A stretch of 64,000 bases of DNA from Terriglobia bacterium (GTDB lineage Bacteria > Acidobacteriota > Terriglobia > UBA7540 > JAPUME01), in the NCBI GenBank assembly GCA_965237895.1, contig CBDEGR010000001.1, positions 99,906 through 163,905 on the forward strand. The letters are read 5' to 3'. Of the stretch, positions 39,861 to 49,514 are shown in pieces (the first letter of the stretch is position 1; each line of letters begins with the position of its first letter). Below the pieces are notes generated by a model. That model was not told the origin of the DNA and ran no database searches. It saw only the letters and a list, made by a program, of their open reading frames with translations. The position numbers and the translations under genes were made by a program.

Positions 39861-40598
39861 ATGAGCGGCGAAGCTAGAGAATTGAATTCGCCACCGGCGG
39901 ATTGCCAGAGGTTTGACGCGCTCCTTGCCGATTGGCCGGTGGCTGAATCCAACCCGTGGTTGGAGCAGCATGCCGGCCGTTGCCTCTCGTGTCGGTCCCT
40001 TTTCTCCGATATCCAACGAATTGTCTCCGCAAGCCGCAGCCTTCCCGAACCCGATTTTGATCCTCCTTCTTATTTCTGGAACCCCATTCGGGGACAGTTG
40101 ATTTCTGAGGGCGTGATTCGCGAAAAAGGCCAATGGCTGCGGCGTTGGCTTCCGGTCTGGTACCGGCCGATGCCGGCCCCGGGGTTTGTGGGGGCTTTGA
40201 CGGCGGTGATTGTCCTGGCCGGACTGGTGGCTTGGGGACCGTCTTCCGGCAAGCGGGATGGGGTTTCCCCGGTGAGCGTTGCCGAGGGAGGAATTCCCGA
40301 GACGGTAATGGCGACGCCCCCCACTCCGGCCTTGAATGCGCAGGCGCAGATTCTCCCTGCGATTTATGAGATGGAAAAATCTTTTCGCGAACAGACGGCC
40401 GGGCTTCCGCCCGAGGCGACCGCTACCGAGCTCATGTGTATGAACACGGTGGACCGGGCGATTGAAGAATGTCAAAAAATTGTCGATGAAGAGCCCGGAA
40501 ACGTTTTGGCGCAGGAGCAGCTCTACGAAGCGTACGAACAGAAAATGGCGCTGCTTTCGGCTGCGATCGAGTGGAACACGGTTTACGAGGGGCGCTGA
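39861..40598 (+). CDS. Anti-sigma factor (zf-HC2-like) with one TM segment
   Basis: N-terminal C...H...CxxC pattern (CQRFDALLADW...EQHAGRCLSCRSLF), central TM (FVGALTAVIVLAGLVAW), immediately downstream of the ECF sigma gene. Confidence 0.75.
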   Translation: MSGEARELNSPPADCQRFDALLADWPVAESNPWLEQHAGRCLSCRSLFSDIQRIVSASRSLPEPDFDPPSYFWNPIRGQLISEGVIREKGQWLRRWLPVWYRPMPAPGFVGALTAVIVLAGLVAWGPSSGKRDGVSPVSVAEGGIPETVMATPPTPALNAQAQILPAIYEMEKSFREQTAGLPPEATATELMCMNTVDRAIEECQKIVDEEPGNVLAQEQLYEAYEQKMALLSAAIEWNTVYEGR

Positions 40599-40622
40599 GA
40601 GATCATCGATCCTCCAAGGGAG

Positions 40623-41567
40623 TTGAGACGAGCAATGAGGTTGAGGGCTAAATCAATTCGAAGGATCGCTTCGCCGGCTCTTTTGGAAATACTGCTGGTG
40701 GAAATGCTGCTGGTGGGAATACTGCTGGGCGCCGTTACGGGGATGAATGCCGCGCCGCTCCAAAAGGAGCGGACGTTCCGGGCCTCGCAAAATCCCCGCG
40801 TCATCATCGATAATCCTGCCTCGGGCCGTTTGGTGATCCAAGGCTGGGACCGGCCGGAGGTGCGGGCGAAGGTGGTCTCCTCTTCTCCGGGCGTTTCGGT
40901 AGAGATGCGGAAGTTACCCCGGGAAGGGCCTGCGGACCGGGTGTATATCGTGGTCCGGCCGGGCGCTCGGAACTCTTCGCATCCGGGGAAGGCGAAGGCG
41001 GATCTGCTGATAGAGATTCCCGCCGAAGTTGAACTGGAGGTCCGGCAGCAGGCCGGGCCGGTCAATGCCGAAGGGTTCTACGGCGACATTAAGATCGAAA
41101 CCGTTTCGGGAAACGTGACGGTGACGGACGTCGGCGGCCATCTGGCGCTGAAATCCATGAGCGGAGAGCTCCATCTGATTCGTCCTTCCGGCAGTGTGGA
41201 AGCGGAAACCATCAGCGGCGATATTTCCTTTATTTGGCCGGCCAGCGCAAAGGTATCCGCGCGGACCACGCAGGGCCGGATTACCTACGAGGGAGACTTT
41301 CTGCGCCGCGGCCGCTACGACTTTCGAAGCCACAGCGGCAACATCGAAGCCGTTTGCACCGCAGCCAGCTCTTTTACTCTGGCGGCCCGCACCGTCCGGG
41401 GAAAGGTGGAGAAGGACCCTTCGATGCGGATGACTCCGCTCGAACAGCCCCGGTTGGGAATTCCTCCCATCACCTTTACAACGATTGTGGGCAACCCGCA
41501 GGCCGGCAACGCCTCCGTGCTGATGAACAGCTTCAGCGGAACGATTCGGGTCCGCTTGCAGCAATAA
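40623..41567 (+). CDS. DUF4097 (putative adhesin / LiaG-like) domain protein
   Basis: GDIKIETVSGNVTVTDVGGHLALKSMSGELHLIRPSGSVEAETISGDISF repeats. TM near the N-terminus. Alternative start ATG 40635. Confidence 0.75.
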   Translation: MRRAMRLRAKSIRRIASPALLEILLVEMLLVGILLGAVTGMNAAPLQKERTFRASQNPRVIIDNPASGRLVIQGWDRPEVRAKVVSSSPGVSVEMRKLPREGPADRVYIVVRPGARNSSHPGKAKADLLIEIPAEVELEVRQQAGPVNAEGFYGDIKIETVSGNVTVTDVGGHLALKSMSGELHLIRPSGSVEAETISGDISFIWPASAKVSARTTQGRITYEGDFLRRGRYDFRSHSGNIEAVCTAASSFTLAARTVRGKVEKDPSMRMTPLEQPRLGIPPITFTTIVGNPQAGNASVLMNSFSGTIRVRLQQ

Positions 41568-41663
41568 GAGACGCCCGAAAAAATTCCCCCCGCTCTGCTC
41601 TTCCTCTCTCGATTTTTCTGCCCCGAATTCCTATAATAAGGCCCGCAGGGTAGGGGTCTATCT

Positions 41664-42224
41664 TTGAATCAATCTGTGAATCCATCTGTGAATTCATCGG
41701 GGAAACCGGCGACGCTGCCGGGAAAGAGGAATTTGATCTGCTTGACCGGCTTTATGGGAAGCGGCAAATCCACCGTAGGATTGTTGCTGGCCGAGGAGCT
41801 GGGTTGGCCCTTCAAGGATCTCGACCGGGAGATTGAAGCCGCGCAAAGCAGGACCATCCGGGAGATTTTCGAAAGCGCAGGCGAACTTCACTTTCGCCAG
41901 CTGGAACACGTCGCGCTCGACGAACTGGTCCGGTGCGAACCGAACGTCATTGCCCTCGGCGGCGGCACGATCATCTCCAAGGACAATCGGGATTTGATTC
42001 GGGAGACCGGCGGCACCACCGTCTGGCTGGACGGCTCCCCGGAGTCGCTTCTGGAGCGCTGCGGGGGAGTGGATCACCGGCCGCTGTTGGGTGATGAGGC
42101 TGGGTTTCTTCGGCTGCTCGAAGAGCGGCGGCCCGAGTACCGGAAAGCGGATTTCAAGGTGGAGACCGATGGCGTGCGACCCGAGCAGGTGGTGGAAGAC
42201 ATCCTTCGGCTTCCGTTTTTTTAA
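41664..42224 (+). CDS. aroK: Shikimate kinase
   Basis: LICLTGFMGSGKSTVGLLLAEELGWPFKDLDREIE, ALGGG. TTG 41664 gives an unusually long N-terminus; the true start may be nearer the P-loop. Confidence 0.85.
   Translation: MNQSVNPSVNSSGKPATLPGKRNLICLTGFMGSGKSTVGLLLAEELGWPFKDLDREIEAAQSRTIREIFESAGELHFRQLEHVALDELVRCEPNVIALGGGTIISKDNRDLIRETGGTTVWLDGSPESLLERCGGVDHRPLLGDEAGFLRLLEERRPEYRKADFKVETDGVRPEQVVEDILRLPFF
41665..41700. repeat. Three tandem 12-bp units (tgaatcaatctg / tgaatccatctg / tgaattcatcgg)
   Basis: Read directly. Overlaps the annotated 5' end of aroK (would encode NQSV-NPSV-NSSG). Confidence 0.8.
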
Positions 42225-42285
42225 CCCGATCCAATTTTCTCTCGAGCTGATAAGGCCCGAAATCTGTTTTGTTTTGGAGGAATCC

Positions 42286-43053
42286 ATGTCGGACTTATTT
42301 CCCGCGAGGATGACGAAAGATCGAGCGAAACCCATCCTCACCCGCCTGCTGCCGGCGGCGGTTCTCGGTCTTTGCGCCTCTCTTTTCTTATTCGGCCAAG
42401 CAATATCCCGCCCGGCGAACTTTAGGGATGAAGGTGTGTTCCTGGTGTATTAGGCGAACCGAGTGATCGCCGTCGAGGAATTCAGCATCGAAATCGACAG
42501 GAGCGGTATCCGCGCCGAGGGGAAAACGGAGTTTTGGGTGAACCCGATCACGAAGGGCTCCTCATCGAAAAACGTAGCGGAACTTCGGCTGGATGGTTCC
42601 TGGGGTCTCGTTTCCTATCGGTGGCGGCAGACGCAGACCGGCGGTCGCAGCGCAAAGATTCAATTAAGCTTCAAAGACAAGATGGTTTAGGTTGTCGTCT
42701 CCCCGGCCGGAGGACCGCACCAAAAGAGGAAGTTTATCTTGTCGCCTGACGTGGCCATCCTCGACAATAATTTCATGCATCACTACGGGCTTCTGCTGAA
42801 GCGGTACGACCCCAAGCGCGGCGGCTGGCAAATGTTTCAAGCGTTTATTCCTCAGCAGGTGGACCCGGGGCTGGTGACGGTCGAGGCCAAGGCCAAAGGA
42901 GAGGTCGACCTCGACGGCGGCCGCAAGGCCCGGCTCAACCGCTATGACATCCAAAGCAATTCGCTGAAGCTCACTGTGTGGGCCGACGACCAAGGCCGCC
43001 TCCAGAGGCTTTCCTCTCCCCAGCAACGGATTCAGGTTTTTCGAAAGCGGTAA
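42286..43053 (+). pseudogene. Exported hypothetical protein interrupted by two in-frame TAG codons
   Basis: GGAGG RBS then ATG 42286. The three track ORFs (..42453, 42463..42690, 42739..43053) share one frame and are separated only by TAG at 42451-42453 and TAG at 42688-42690. The reading is continuous: ...DEGVFLVY[TAG]ANRVIAVEEFSIE...SFKDKMV[TAG]VVVSPAGG... Confidence 0.6.
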
Positions 43054-43099
43054 GGCGTCCCTCTGTTATCTTTTCGTGAGAACGGATCCGTAGGAAAGC

Positions 43100-45058
43100 T
43101 CAAGAGGACGCCGGCCGGTAAGCGCCGCCGTCGGGCAGGGATTGTCTTCTCCGGAAGATTTCGATGTAGACGTGGATCAGGGAGACCGCGGCCGGGGTGA
43201 TGCCGGGAATGCGGCCGGCTTGGCCCAGCGTGAGCGGACGAATTTTTGTCAGGACCTCGACCACCTCGCGCGAAAGCCCGGAGATGTTTCCGTAGTCGAA
43301 GCGTTCGGGAATCCGGAGCCCCTCGGCCTTTTGCATTCGCTCCACCTGCCGCCGCTGCTGCGCCAAGTAGCCCTCATACTTAAAATTCGTTTCCACGCGC
43401 CTCAGCTCCTCCCGGTTCAAGGTGAAGGGAAGAGTTTCAGCAAGCCAGCCGCGAAGGTCTTCCATCTTGATTTCTTGCCGCTTGACGAGCTGCGCTCCGG
43501 TGAGCCGTTCGGCGCCGTTCAGTCCCAGGCGGGGATAGAGGGTTCGCCCGGTCGGCGATTGCGGATCCAGCCGCGAACTCCGCAGAAACTTCGTGATCTC
43601 CTCCAGCCGCTGCTTTTTTTCAAGAAGCGCCCGGCAATCTTTTTCTCGCACGGTGCCCACGCCGTGGCCGATCTCCATCAACCGCTCGTCGGCGTTGTCG
43701 ATGCGAAGGTGCAGGCGAAACTCGGCGCGTGAAGTGAACATCCGGTAGGGTTCCGGCGTTCCTTTACTGACCAAGTCGTCGATCAAGATGCCCGTATAAG
43801 CTTGGCTGCGTTCGAGCACCAACGGGTCACGGCCTTGGACCCGGAGACCGGCATTGATCCCGGCCATGATGCCCTGGCAGGCGGCCTCCTCGTAGCCGGT
43901 GGTGCCGTTGATCTGCCCGGCCAGGAACAGGACTTCGATCTTTTTTGTTTCGAGCCAAGGCGAAAGCTCAGTCGGTTGGATCATGTCGTACTCGATGGCG
44001 TAGCCGGGGCGGAGCATTTCGGCATTTTCGAGGCCCGGAATGGTCTTGAGCACCGCCGCCTGCACGTCGATCGGCATCGAGGTGGACATGCCGTTGAGGT
44101 AAATCTCGTAGGTGTCGAGGCCTTCGGGTTCAAGGAAGAGCTGGTGCTGGAGCTTGTCGGGGAATTTTACGATCTTGTCCTCGATCGAAGGGCAGTAGCG
44201 CGGCCCCAGGCTCTTGATCTTGCCGCTGTAGAGCGGCGAGCGTTTGATATTTTCGCGCAGGACCGCGTGCGACTTCTCGTTTGTATAGCCGATCCAGCAG
44301 ACCGTCTGCTCCTGGGTGATCTTCTTCGTGCGGAACGAGAAGGGCGTGGGGTCCTGGTCGCCGTGCTGAATCTTGAAGCGGGAAAAGTCAATCGTCCGCG
44401 CGTCGAGCCGCGGCGGGGTGCCGGTCTTGAGCCGCCCCATCTCGAAACCGAGTTTGCGCAGCGCCTCGCCCAGCAGCACCGCCGGGGGCTCACCGCTTCG
44501 CCCTGCCGAATAGGTCTGCTCGCCGCAATAGATCAGGCCGTTCAGAAACGTTCCCGCGGTGACGATGACGGCTTCGGCCCGAACGGTACGTCCGTCGAGC
44601 AGCCGGACGCCGCGCACACGGCGGTGTGAGGTGTCGGAGTTCGTTTCGAGTACCAGGTCCACCACTTCGGCCTGCTTGATGCGCAGGTTCTCTTCGGCTT
44701 CGAGCACCTGCCGCATTCGGGTGCGGTATTCTTTCTTATCGGCCTGCGCGCGGGGGGACCAGACGGCCGGGCCGCGGCTGGTGTTGAGCAGGCGGAACTG
44801 GATGCCGACGGCGTCGATCACCTCCGCCATGACCCCGCCCAGCGCGTCGATTTCCCGCACCAAGTGCCCTTTGGCGATGCCGCCGATGGCCGGGTTGCAG
44901 GACATCTGGGCGATGAGGTCGAGGTTGATCGTGTAGAGCGCGGTCGCGAGGCCCATGCGCGCCGCCGCCACTGCCGCTTCGCAGCCGGCATGACCCGCGC
45001 CCACCACGACCACATCGTATTTTTCGGTAAATTTCACTCTCTCGCCCGGAACCTCCAC
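43100..45058 (-). CDS. mnmG: tRNA uridine 5-carboxymethylaminomethyl modification enzyme
   Basis: [61 protein letters not shown]. About 645 aa. Confidence 0.93.
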   Translation of the reverse strand: MEVPGERVKFTEKYDVVVVGAGHAGCEAAVAAARMGLATALYTINLDLIAQMSCNPAIGGIAKGHLVREIDALGGVMAEVIDAVGIQFRLLNTSRGPAVWSPRAQADKKEYRTRMRQVLEAEENLRIKQAEVVDLVLETNSDTSHRRVRGVRLLDGRTVRAEAVIVTAGTFLNGLIYCGEQTYSAGRSGEPPAVLLGEALRKLGFEMGRLKTGTPPRLDARTIDFSRFKIQHGDQDPTPFSFRTKKITQEQTVCWIGYTNEKSHAVLRENIKRSPLYSGKIKSLGPRYCPSIEDKIVKFPDKLQHQLFLEPEGLDTYEIYLNGMSTSMPIDVQAAVLKTIPGLENAEMLRPGYAIEYDMIQPTELSPWLETKKIEVLFLAGQINGTTGYEEAACQGIMAGINAGLRVQGRDPLVLERSQAYTGILIDDLVSKGTPEPYRMFTSRAEFRLHLRIDNADERLMEIGHGVGTVREKDCRALLEKKQRLEEITKFLRSSRLDPQSPTGRTLYPRLGLNGAERLTGAQLVKRQEIKMEDLRGWLAETLPFTLNREELRRVETNFKYEGYLAQQRRQVERMQKAEGLRIPERFDYGNISGLSREVVEVLTKIRPLTLGQAGRIPGITPAAVSLIHVYIEIFRRRQSLPDGGAYRPASS

Positions 45059-45455
45059 CCCAGAACTTTTGATGGGAGGCCCAAAATTCTATTGTAGTGC
45101 CGTGGGGGAAATCCGTCAAAGGTGACAAGGGGTCTGGCTCAGGGCGCGGCCCGCCGCCCGAAGGTTCTTAAAAATGGGAGTGTGTGCAGTGAAGGAGGAA
45201 ATACTCCGACCATCGTTCCGACCCCTGGAAGCTCTGGACCGCAGGGGGGCTTTCGCCGTGCGCGGGTGCCCCATCCTTGGCGCAGCCAAGGGTGATGGTC
45301 CAAAGGAGGGTAGGACGGCCTTTCCAGTCCGTCACGTACGGAGCTTTCGAACCCCTTCAGCCGTGCCGCCGCGCGCAGCGTGGAGCGGGGGCTTTCGCCG
45401 CTGAGGTCGTGCTTGTGCAGACTCGGCAACCAGCTTTTTCAATCGACAAGCCGGA

Positions 45456-45815
45456 TCATCCGCGGCACTGCGAGCAAGGGCAAATTTCCCGCAGGTAGTC
45501 GAAGGTGTAGATGCCGGTTGAGTGGCCGTCGCTCCAGAATATTTGCAGAGCATATTGGCCGACCATCTCGGCCCGCGTCGGCTTGAGCGGTCCGCCTTGG
45601 CCGAGTATGGGGAGCGGTGAGACGCCGGTGGAATTGAGCAGGTCGGCGCTGTCGTTATCGTCGGCTTCCTTCATTCCGTGATCTGTACAAGTCGCGCAGG
45701 GGCACTTGTTGCGGAGGTATCGATGGGGATAGGGACTGCGGTGGCCGTCGTTCCATTCGACGATGGTCGTTCCTTCTTCGCCTGTGAGTTTGACGGCAGT
45801 GGGACTTGGGGGCAT
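45456..45815 (-). CDS. DUF971 (gamma-butyrobetaine hydroxylase-like N-terminal domain) protein
   Basis: TIVEWNDGHRSPYPHRYLRNKCPCATC and LQIFWSDGHSTGIYTFDYLREICPCSQC. This is the classic partner of Mrp/ApbC, which lies immediately upstream in the same orientation (at higher coordinates). Confidence 0.8.
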   Translation of the reverse strand: MPPSPTAVKLTGEEGTTIVEWNDGHRSPYPHRYLRNKCPCATCTDHGMKEADDNDSADLLNSTGVSPLPILGQGGPLKPTRAEMVGQYALQIFWSDGHSTGIYTFDYLREICPCSQCRG

Positions 45816-45850
45816 GAGGTTTCTGTAGAAAGCCTAGCAGAGAAATTTCA

Positions 45851-46927
45851 TTATTGAATCGACACCAGCTTGGGCGCGGCGAAGTTGGCCACGCTGACCT
45901 GAGCGGCCACCTTTTCGGCGACCTCGCGGAATAATTTCCCGTGCGCAGAGGCTTCGGCTTCTTCCAGCGCCACCGGTTTCCCGGCGTCGCTGCGGGCGCG
46001 GATGGCCGGGTCCAGGGGAATCTCTCCGAGAAACGGAATCTCCATTTTTTGGGCGGCCGCGCGCGCGCCGCCGTGTCCGAAGATATGTTCTTCGTGGCCG
46101 CACGAGGGGCAGATGAAGGTGCTCATGTTTTCCACCAAGCCCAGTACGGGGACGTTCAGCTTACGGAACATGGCGATGGCTTTCGAAGCCACGGTGAGGG
46201 CCAAGTCTTGTGGGGTCGAGACAATCACAGCTCCGGTCAGGGGAATCGTCTGGCTCAGGCTCAACTGGATGTCGCCGGTGCCGGGCGGCAGGTCCATCAC
46301 CAGATAGTCGAGTTCTCCCCAATCGACATTCCCCAGGAACTGCTGAATCGTTTTATGCAACATCGGCCCGCGCCAGATGACGGCGTCGTCTTTGGGCAGG
46401 AAGTAGGCCATGGAGATCAACTTTACGCCGTATCGAACCGGCGGGATCATGTTCTTGCCCGAAATCCTCGGCGCTTCCTCGGCTCCCATCAGGAGCGGAA
46501 TGCTGGGGCCGTAGACGTCGGTATCCATCAATCCGACCTGCGCGCCGGATTGCCCCAGCGCGACGGCGAGGTTTGCCGCCACGGTCGATTTCCCCACGCC
46601 GCCCTTGCCGCTGGCGACGGCGATGGTGTTTTTCACCTTGGGGATGAGCGGCGAGGGTTCCCCTTCGCGCGAGGTTACCTGGAACGTCATGCGGACGTCC
46701 ACCTCTTTCACTCCGGGAAGATTTCCTACCGCTCGGCGGGCTTCCTCTTCCAGCCGGTCCCGCACCGGGCAGGCGGTGGTGGTGAGTTGGACGGTGAACG
46801 CCACCCGCTCGCCTGCGCTTTTGACTGCCACATCCTTTACAAACCCGAGCGTGACGATGTCGCGCCCGAGGTCCGGGTCTTCGACCGCCTTGAGAGCTTC
46901 CAGCACTTCCCGCTCGCCGATTGCCAT
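45851..46927 (-). CDS. apbC: Mrp/NBP35-family Fe-S cluster carrier ATPase
   Basis: N-terminal DUF59-like VEDPDLGRDIVTLGFV, deviant Walker A IAVASGKGGVGKSTVAANLA, CPSCGH. Confidence 0.88.
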   Translation of the reverse strand: MAIGEREVLEALKAVEDPDLGRDIVTLGFVKDVAVKSAGERVAFTVQLTTTACPVRDRLEEEARRAVGNLPGVKEVDVRMTFQVTSREGEPSPLIPKVKNTIAVASGKGGVGKSTVAANLAVALGQSGAQVGLMDTDVYGPSIPLLMGAEEAPRISGKNMIPPVRYGVKLISMAYFLPKDDAVIWRGPMLHKTIQQFLGNVDWGELDYLVMDLPPGTGDIQLSLSQTIPLTGAVIVSTPQDLALTVASKAIAMFRKLNVPVLGLVENMSTFICPSCGHEEHIFGHGGARAAAQKMEIPFLGEIPLDPAIRARSDAGKPVALEEAEASAHGKLFREVAEKVAAQVSVANFAAPKLVSIQ

Positions 46928-47123
46928 GGTGGAATGGGTCCCTGGGTATGAGAATGTTTGCCTAACATTCTATTCTTGCTACCAAAGTGAAAATTGTCAA
47001 TGAAGATGAAGGGGAGCGCGGAGCAAAGAATGCCCCGCGCATGCCAAGTATTAGGTCCACCACCCTGCTAAACCAAGCCGGAGGTCCGGTTTACCGGGGA
47101 TGAAAAGGGTTTTTCCCGCGGCT

Positions 47124-48275
47124 CTATTTGCCGGCTGCGGCGCGTACCTTGGCCAGGATGTTCTTTGCCTCAGCCTGCCAGGGCGAGCTGACGGCAGCGG
47201 CCTGTGCCAGGTACCGCTCGGCTTGCCGAAGGTTTGCGGGAACGGCCGGCATCATGGCATAGGTATAGCCCAGGCGGAAGAGGGTGCGCGAGTGGCGGGG
47301 GTCGCTCTCGAGCAGTTCCAATGCGGTCTTGAAATCCTTGGTGGCCGTAAGGTACCGTTCTCGACGCATATTCAGGGTTCCCAGCGTCTCATGCGCGGAG
47401 CCTAACTGCGCGTTTTTGTTCTTCGCCCAAACCTCTTCGGAGAGGTGGTCGGGTTTGGGCATATTCGGAGCTAGCTCCAGGACCTTCTGCGCGTACTGGC
47501 TAGATTCAGCAAGCTTGACGCCGCGCCCGGCGAAATCTTCGGCCACCGTGTTCAGCGTCATCACGTCTTCGGGGCTTTCGGCCACCGCCTTCTCGCCGTA
47601 CTCGATGACCTTCGCCTGGTTGTTAGCCATCTTATAGGCGACGAAATACTGGAGGTTGACCTGGGTCTTGGCATCCGTACCCGGGTAGCGTTCGACGAAC
47701 CGCTCCAGGAACGGAATCCGCTGGGCGGGGTCGGCGACTCGAGTCAGGAATTGGAAGAAGGTATACCGCAGATAGGGAAGGTTGGCGAGCAGGCGCTCAC
47801 GCAGCCCTTCAGGGTCTTGCTCCCCGGCGGGCGGATTCTCCAACGCCACGTTGAGTTTTTCGGTGGCGAGGATGGCTGCCTCGGCGCCGCGTTCCGCCGG
47901 TCCGCTCTTGCCGATATAGCCCTTGGTGAGCGAGAGAAAGAGCAGAAAGCCGGCTTTGCCCGCCGCGGCGGCCTTTTCGCCGTGCTCGATGGTCTTGTCG
48001 TAATCCTGTAGTTGCAGGTAATAGATGGTGTAATACTCCTCGGCGCAGGGAAGAAAATTCGAGTCGGGGTTTTCTTTTACGAAGTCATCCAAAACTTCGA
48101 TCTTCTCCGCCGTCTCGGTAACTTCCAGAATGTCTTGGATCATATAGTCCTCCGGCGTGGCCATTGCCACGCCTGGAAAACCCGGACAGGGTTGCTGGCC
48201 TTGCAAGGGAGTGGAAAGGGAAAGGATCGAAAAGATCAGAAAATTTCCCGCAAGGATACCTAAAAACCGACGCAT
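47124..48275 (-). CDS. Secreted TPR-repeat protein
   Basis: Signal peptide MRRFLGILAGNFLIFSILSLSTPLQG; several TPR-like helical pairs (e.g. AERYLAQAAAVSSPWQAEAKNILAKV). Confidence 0.7.
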   Translation of the reverse strand: MRRFLGILAGNFLIFSILSLSTPLQGQQPCPGFPGVAMATPEDYMIQDILEVTETAEKIEVLDDFVKENPDSNFLPCAEEYYTIYYLQLQDYDKTIEHGEKAAAAGKAGFLLFLSLTKGYIGKSGPAERGAEAAILATEKLNVALENPPAGEQDPEGLRERLLANLPYLRYTFFQFLTRVADPAQRIPFLERFVERYPGTDAKTQVNLQYFVAYKMANNQAKVIEYGEKAVAESPEDVMTLNTVAEDFAGRGVKLAESSQYAQKVLELAPNMPKPDHLSEEVWAKNKNAQLGSAHETLGTLNMRRERYLTATKDFKTALELLESDPRHSRTLFRLGYTYAMMPAVPANLRQAERYLAQAAAVSSPWQAEAKNILAKVRAAAGK

Positions 48276-48288
48276 AAATTCCTCCCGA

Positions 48289-48951
48289 TTAGTTTAAGGT
48301 TTTTTTTGTGGTTCCGGCCGAAGCCGTACGCTTTCCCCCGGACAAGTGCCCGGATAAGTGCCCGGACAAGTGGGGGATAAAGCGCGGAACCGCCCGTTGG
48401 TAATCTTCATACAGGGCGCCGTAGTGGAGACGCAGTTCGCGTTCTTCCAGCAGAACCATCAGCCCCAGAGCGAGTGCCGTAAGCCCCCCCGTCGCCGCCA
48501 CGCCCCAGGCGCCGCTCAGCAGAGCGAGCCCGAAAAGCGTGAGCAACAATTCCGTATACCGTGGATGTCGCAGGCGGCCGTAGATGCCGTCGGTGACGAG
48601 CTCCATCGGGTGCTTCTCGGGCGCTATTTCGCGCATCCCGATCAGCCTCCGGTATCCCATCGCCCGCGACACGCTCTTCGTGATCCAAACTCCGGCGGCG
48701 CATAAGACAAGGCCCGCGGCCACGGTGAAGGCGTTGCGGGGGAAACGCTCGGCGAAAATCCAGGGTCGCAACTGCCAGAGCGCAACGCCCGTGCCCACCC
48801 AGACGGGCAGCGCCACCCAGTAGCTGCGCGTTCCCCATCGGCGCCAGAAACCGATGCCTCCGTGGAACACCAGCCAAAACAACGGGACGGGAACAACCGC
48901 GAGGAGGTAGGCGAACGCCAAGCCGTCAATCAGATTCGAAAGAAAGTTCAT
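48289..48951 (-). CDS. Isoprenylcysteine carboxyl methyltransferase (ICMT)-family membrane methyltransferase
   Basis: Multi-TM protein; LVTDGIYGRLRHPRYTELLLTLFGLALL, EERELRLHYGALYEDYQRAVPRF. The C-terminal HLSG x3 is encoded by a 12-bp x3 tandem repeat (48341-48376). Confidence 0.75.
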   Translation of the reverse strand: MNFLSNLIDGLAFAYLLAVVPVPLFWLVFHGGIGFWRRWGTRSYWVALPVWVGTGVALWQLRPWIFAERFPRNAFTVAAGLVLCAAGVWITKSVSRAMGYRRLIGMREIAPEKHPMELVTDGIYGRLRHPRYTELLLTLFGLALLSGAWGVAATGGLTALALGLMVLLEERELRLHYGALYEDYQRAVPRFIPHLSGHLSGHLSGGKRTASAGTTKKTLN

Positions 48952-49129
48952 GGGGTCTGCTTGGTGAACGTCACGGACATATCTGCTTTTCGTCCTGCCG
49001 GCCCTGTACTGTTCCCGCGTGGGCCTATTTTAGCTCCTTCTGGGGGCCTTTGCATGTAAAATGTTCTCTGTTCTTTCAGCTTTCGGGCAGCCTTCGGGCT
49101 GTCCATCACAGTACCAGAGGAGTTCAATC

Positions 49130-49480
49130 ATGCGGCAATATTCGTGGGATTCGGTTCCCGAAGAGAAGATTAAGGACGACTTGACGCGCAGGGTCATCAA
49201 CGGAGAGAAGATCACGCTCGGCAAGATGGGGTTCGCCAAAGGGGGCGTGGTGCCCGAACATCACCATGAAAATGAGCAGTTCACCACCGTCACGCGCGGC
49301 TCCATGGAGTTTGAAATCGAAGGGAAGAAGATTGTGCTCAAGGCGGGCGACGTGCTCCACATCCCCCCGAACGTTCCGCACCGCGTCACGGCGCTCGAGG
49401 ATTCGGAGATCGTCGACATTTTCACTCCGGTCCGCGAAGATTGGCGGAGCGGTACGGACGACTACATTCGCCGGAAGTAG
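49130..49480 (+). CDS. Cupin-domain protein
   Basis: GAGGAG RBS then ATG 49130. VPEHHHENEQFTTVTRGSMEFEI...GDVLHIPPNVPHRV (cupin motifs 1 and 2). Confidence 0.75.
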   Translation: MRQYSWDSVPEEKIKDDLTRRVINGEKITLGKMGFAKGGVVPEHHHENEQFTTVTRGSMEFEIEGKKIVLKAGDVLHIPPNVPHRVTALEDSEIVDIFTPVREDWRSGTDDYIRRK

Positions 49481-49514
49481 GCCCGAAGTGAGCCGGAAGT
49501 AGGAATGAAGTAGG
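49471..49514. repeat. About four tandem 11-bp units (ccggaagtagg / cccgaagtgag / ccggaagtagg / aatgaagtagg), degenerating to about 49536
   Basis: Read directly. The cupin TAG stop (49478-49480) lies in the first unit. Confidence 0.75.

Noticed and set aside
42451-42690. Pyrrolysine decoding of the two TAG codons.
   Set aside because: No pylTSBCD-like genes are in the window, and the protein is not a methylamine methyltransferase. I saw no evidence the lineage reassigns TAG; it also terminates normal genes here (e.g. purQ at 7363-7365).
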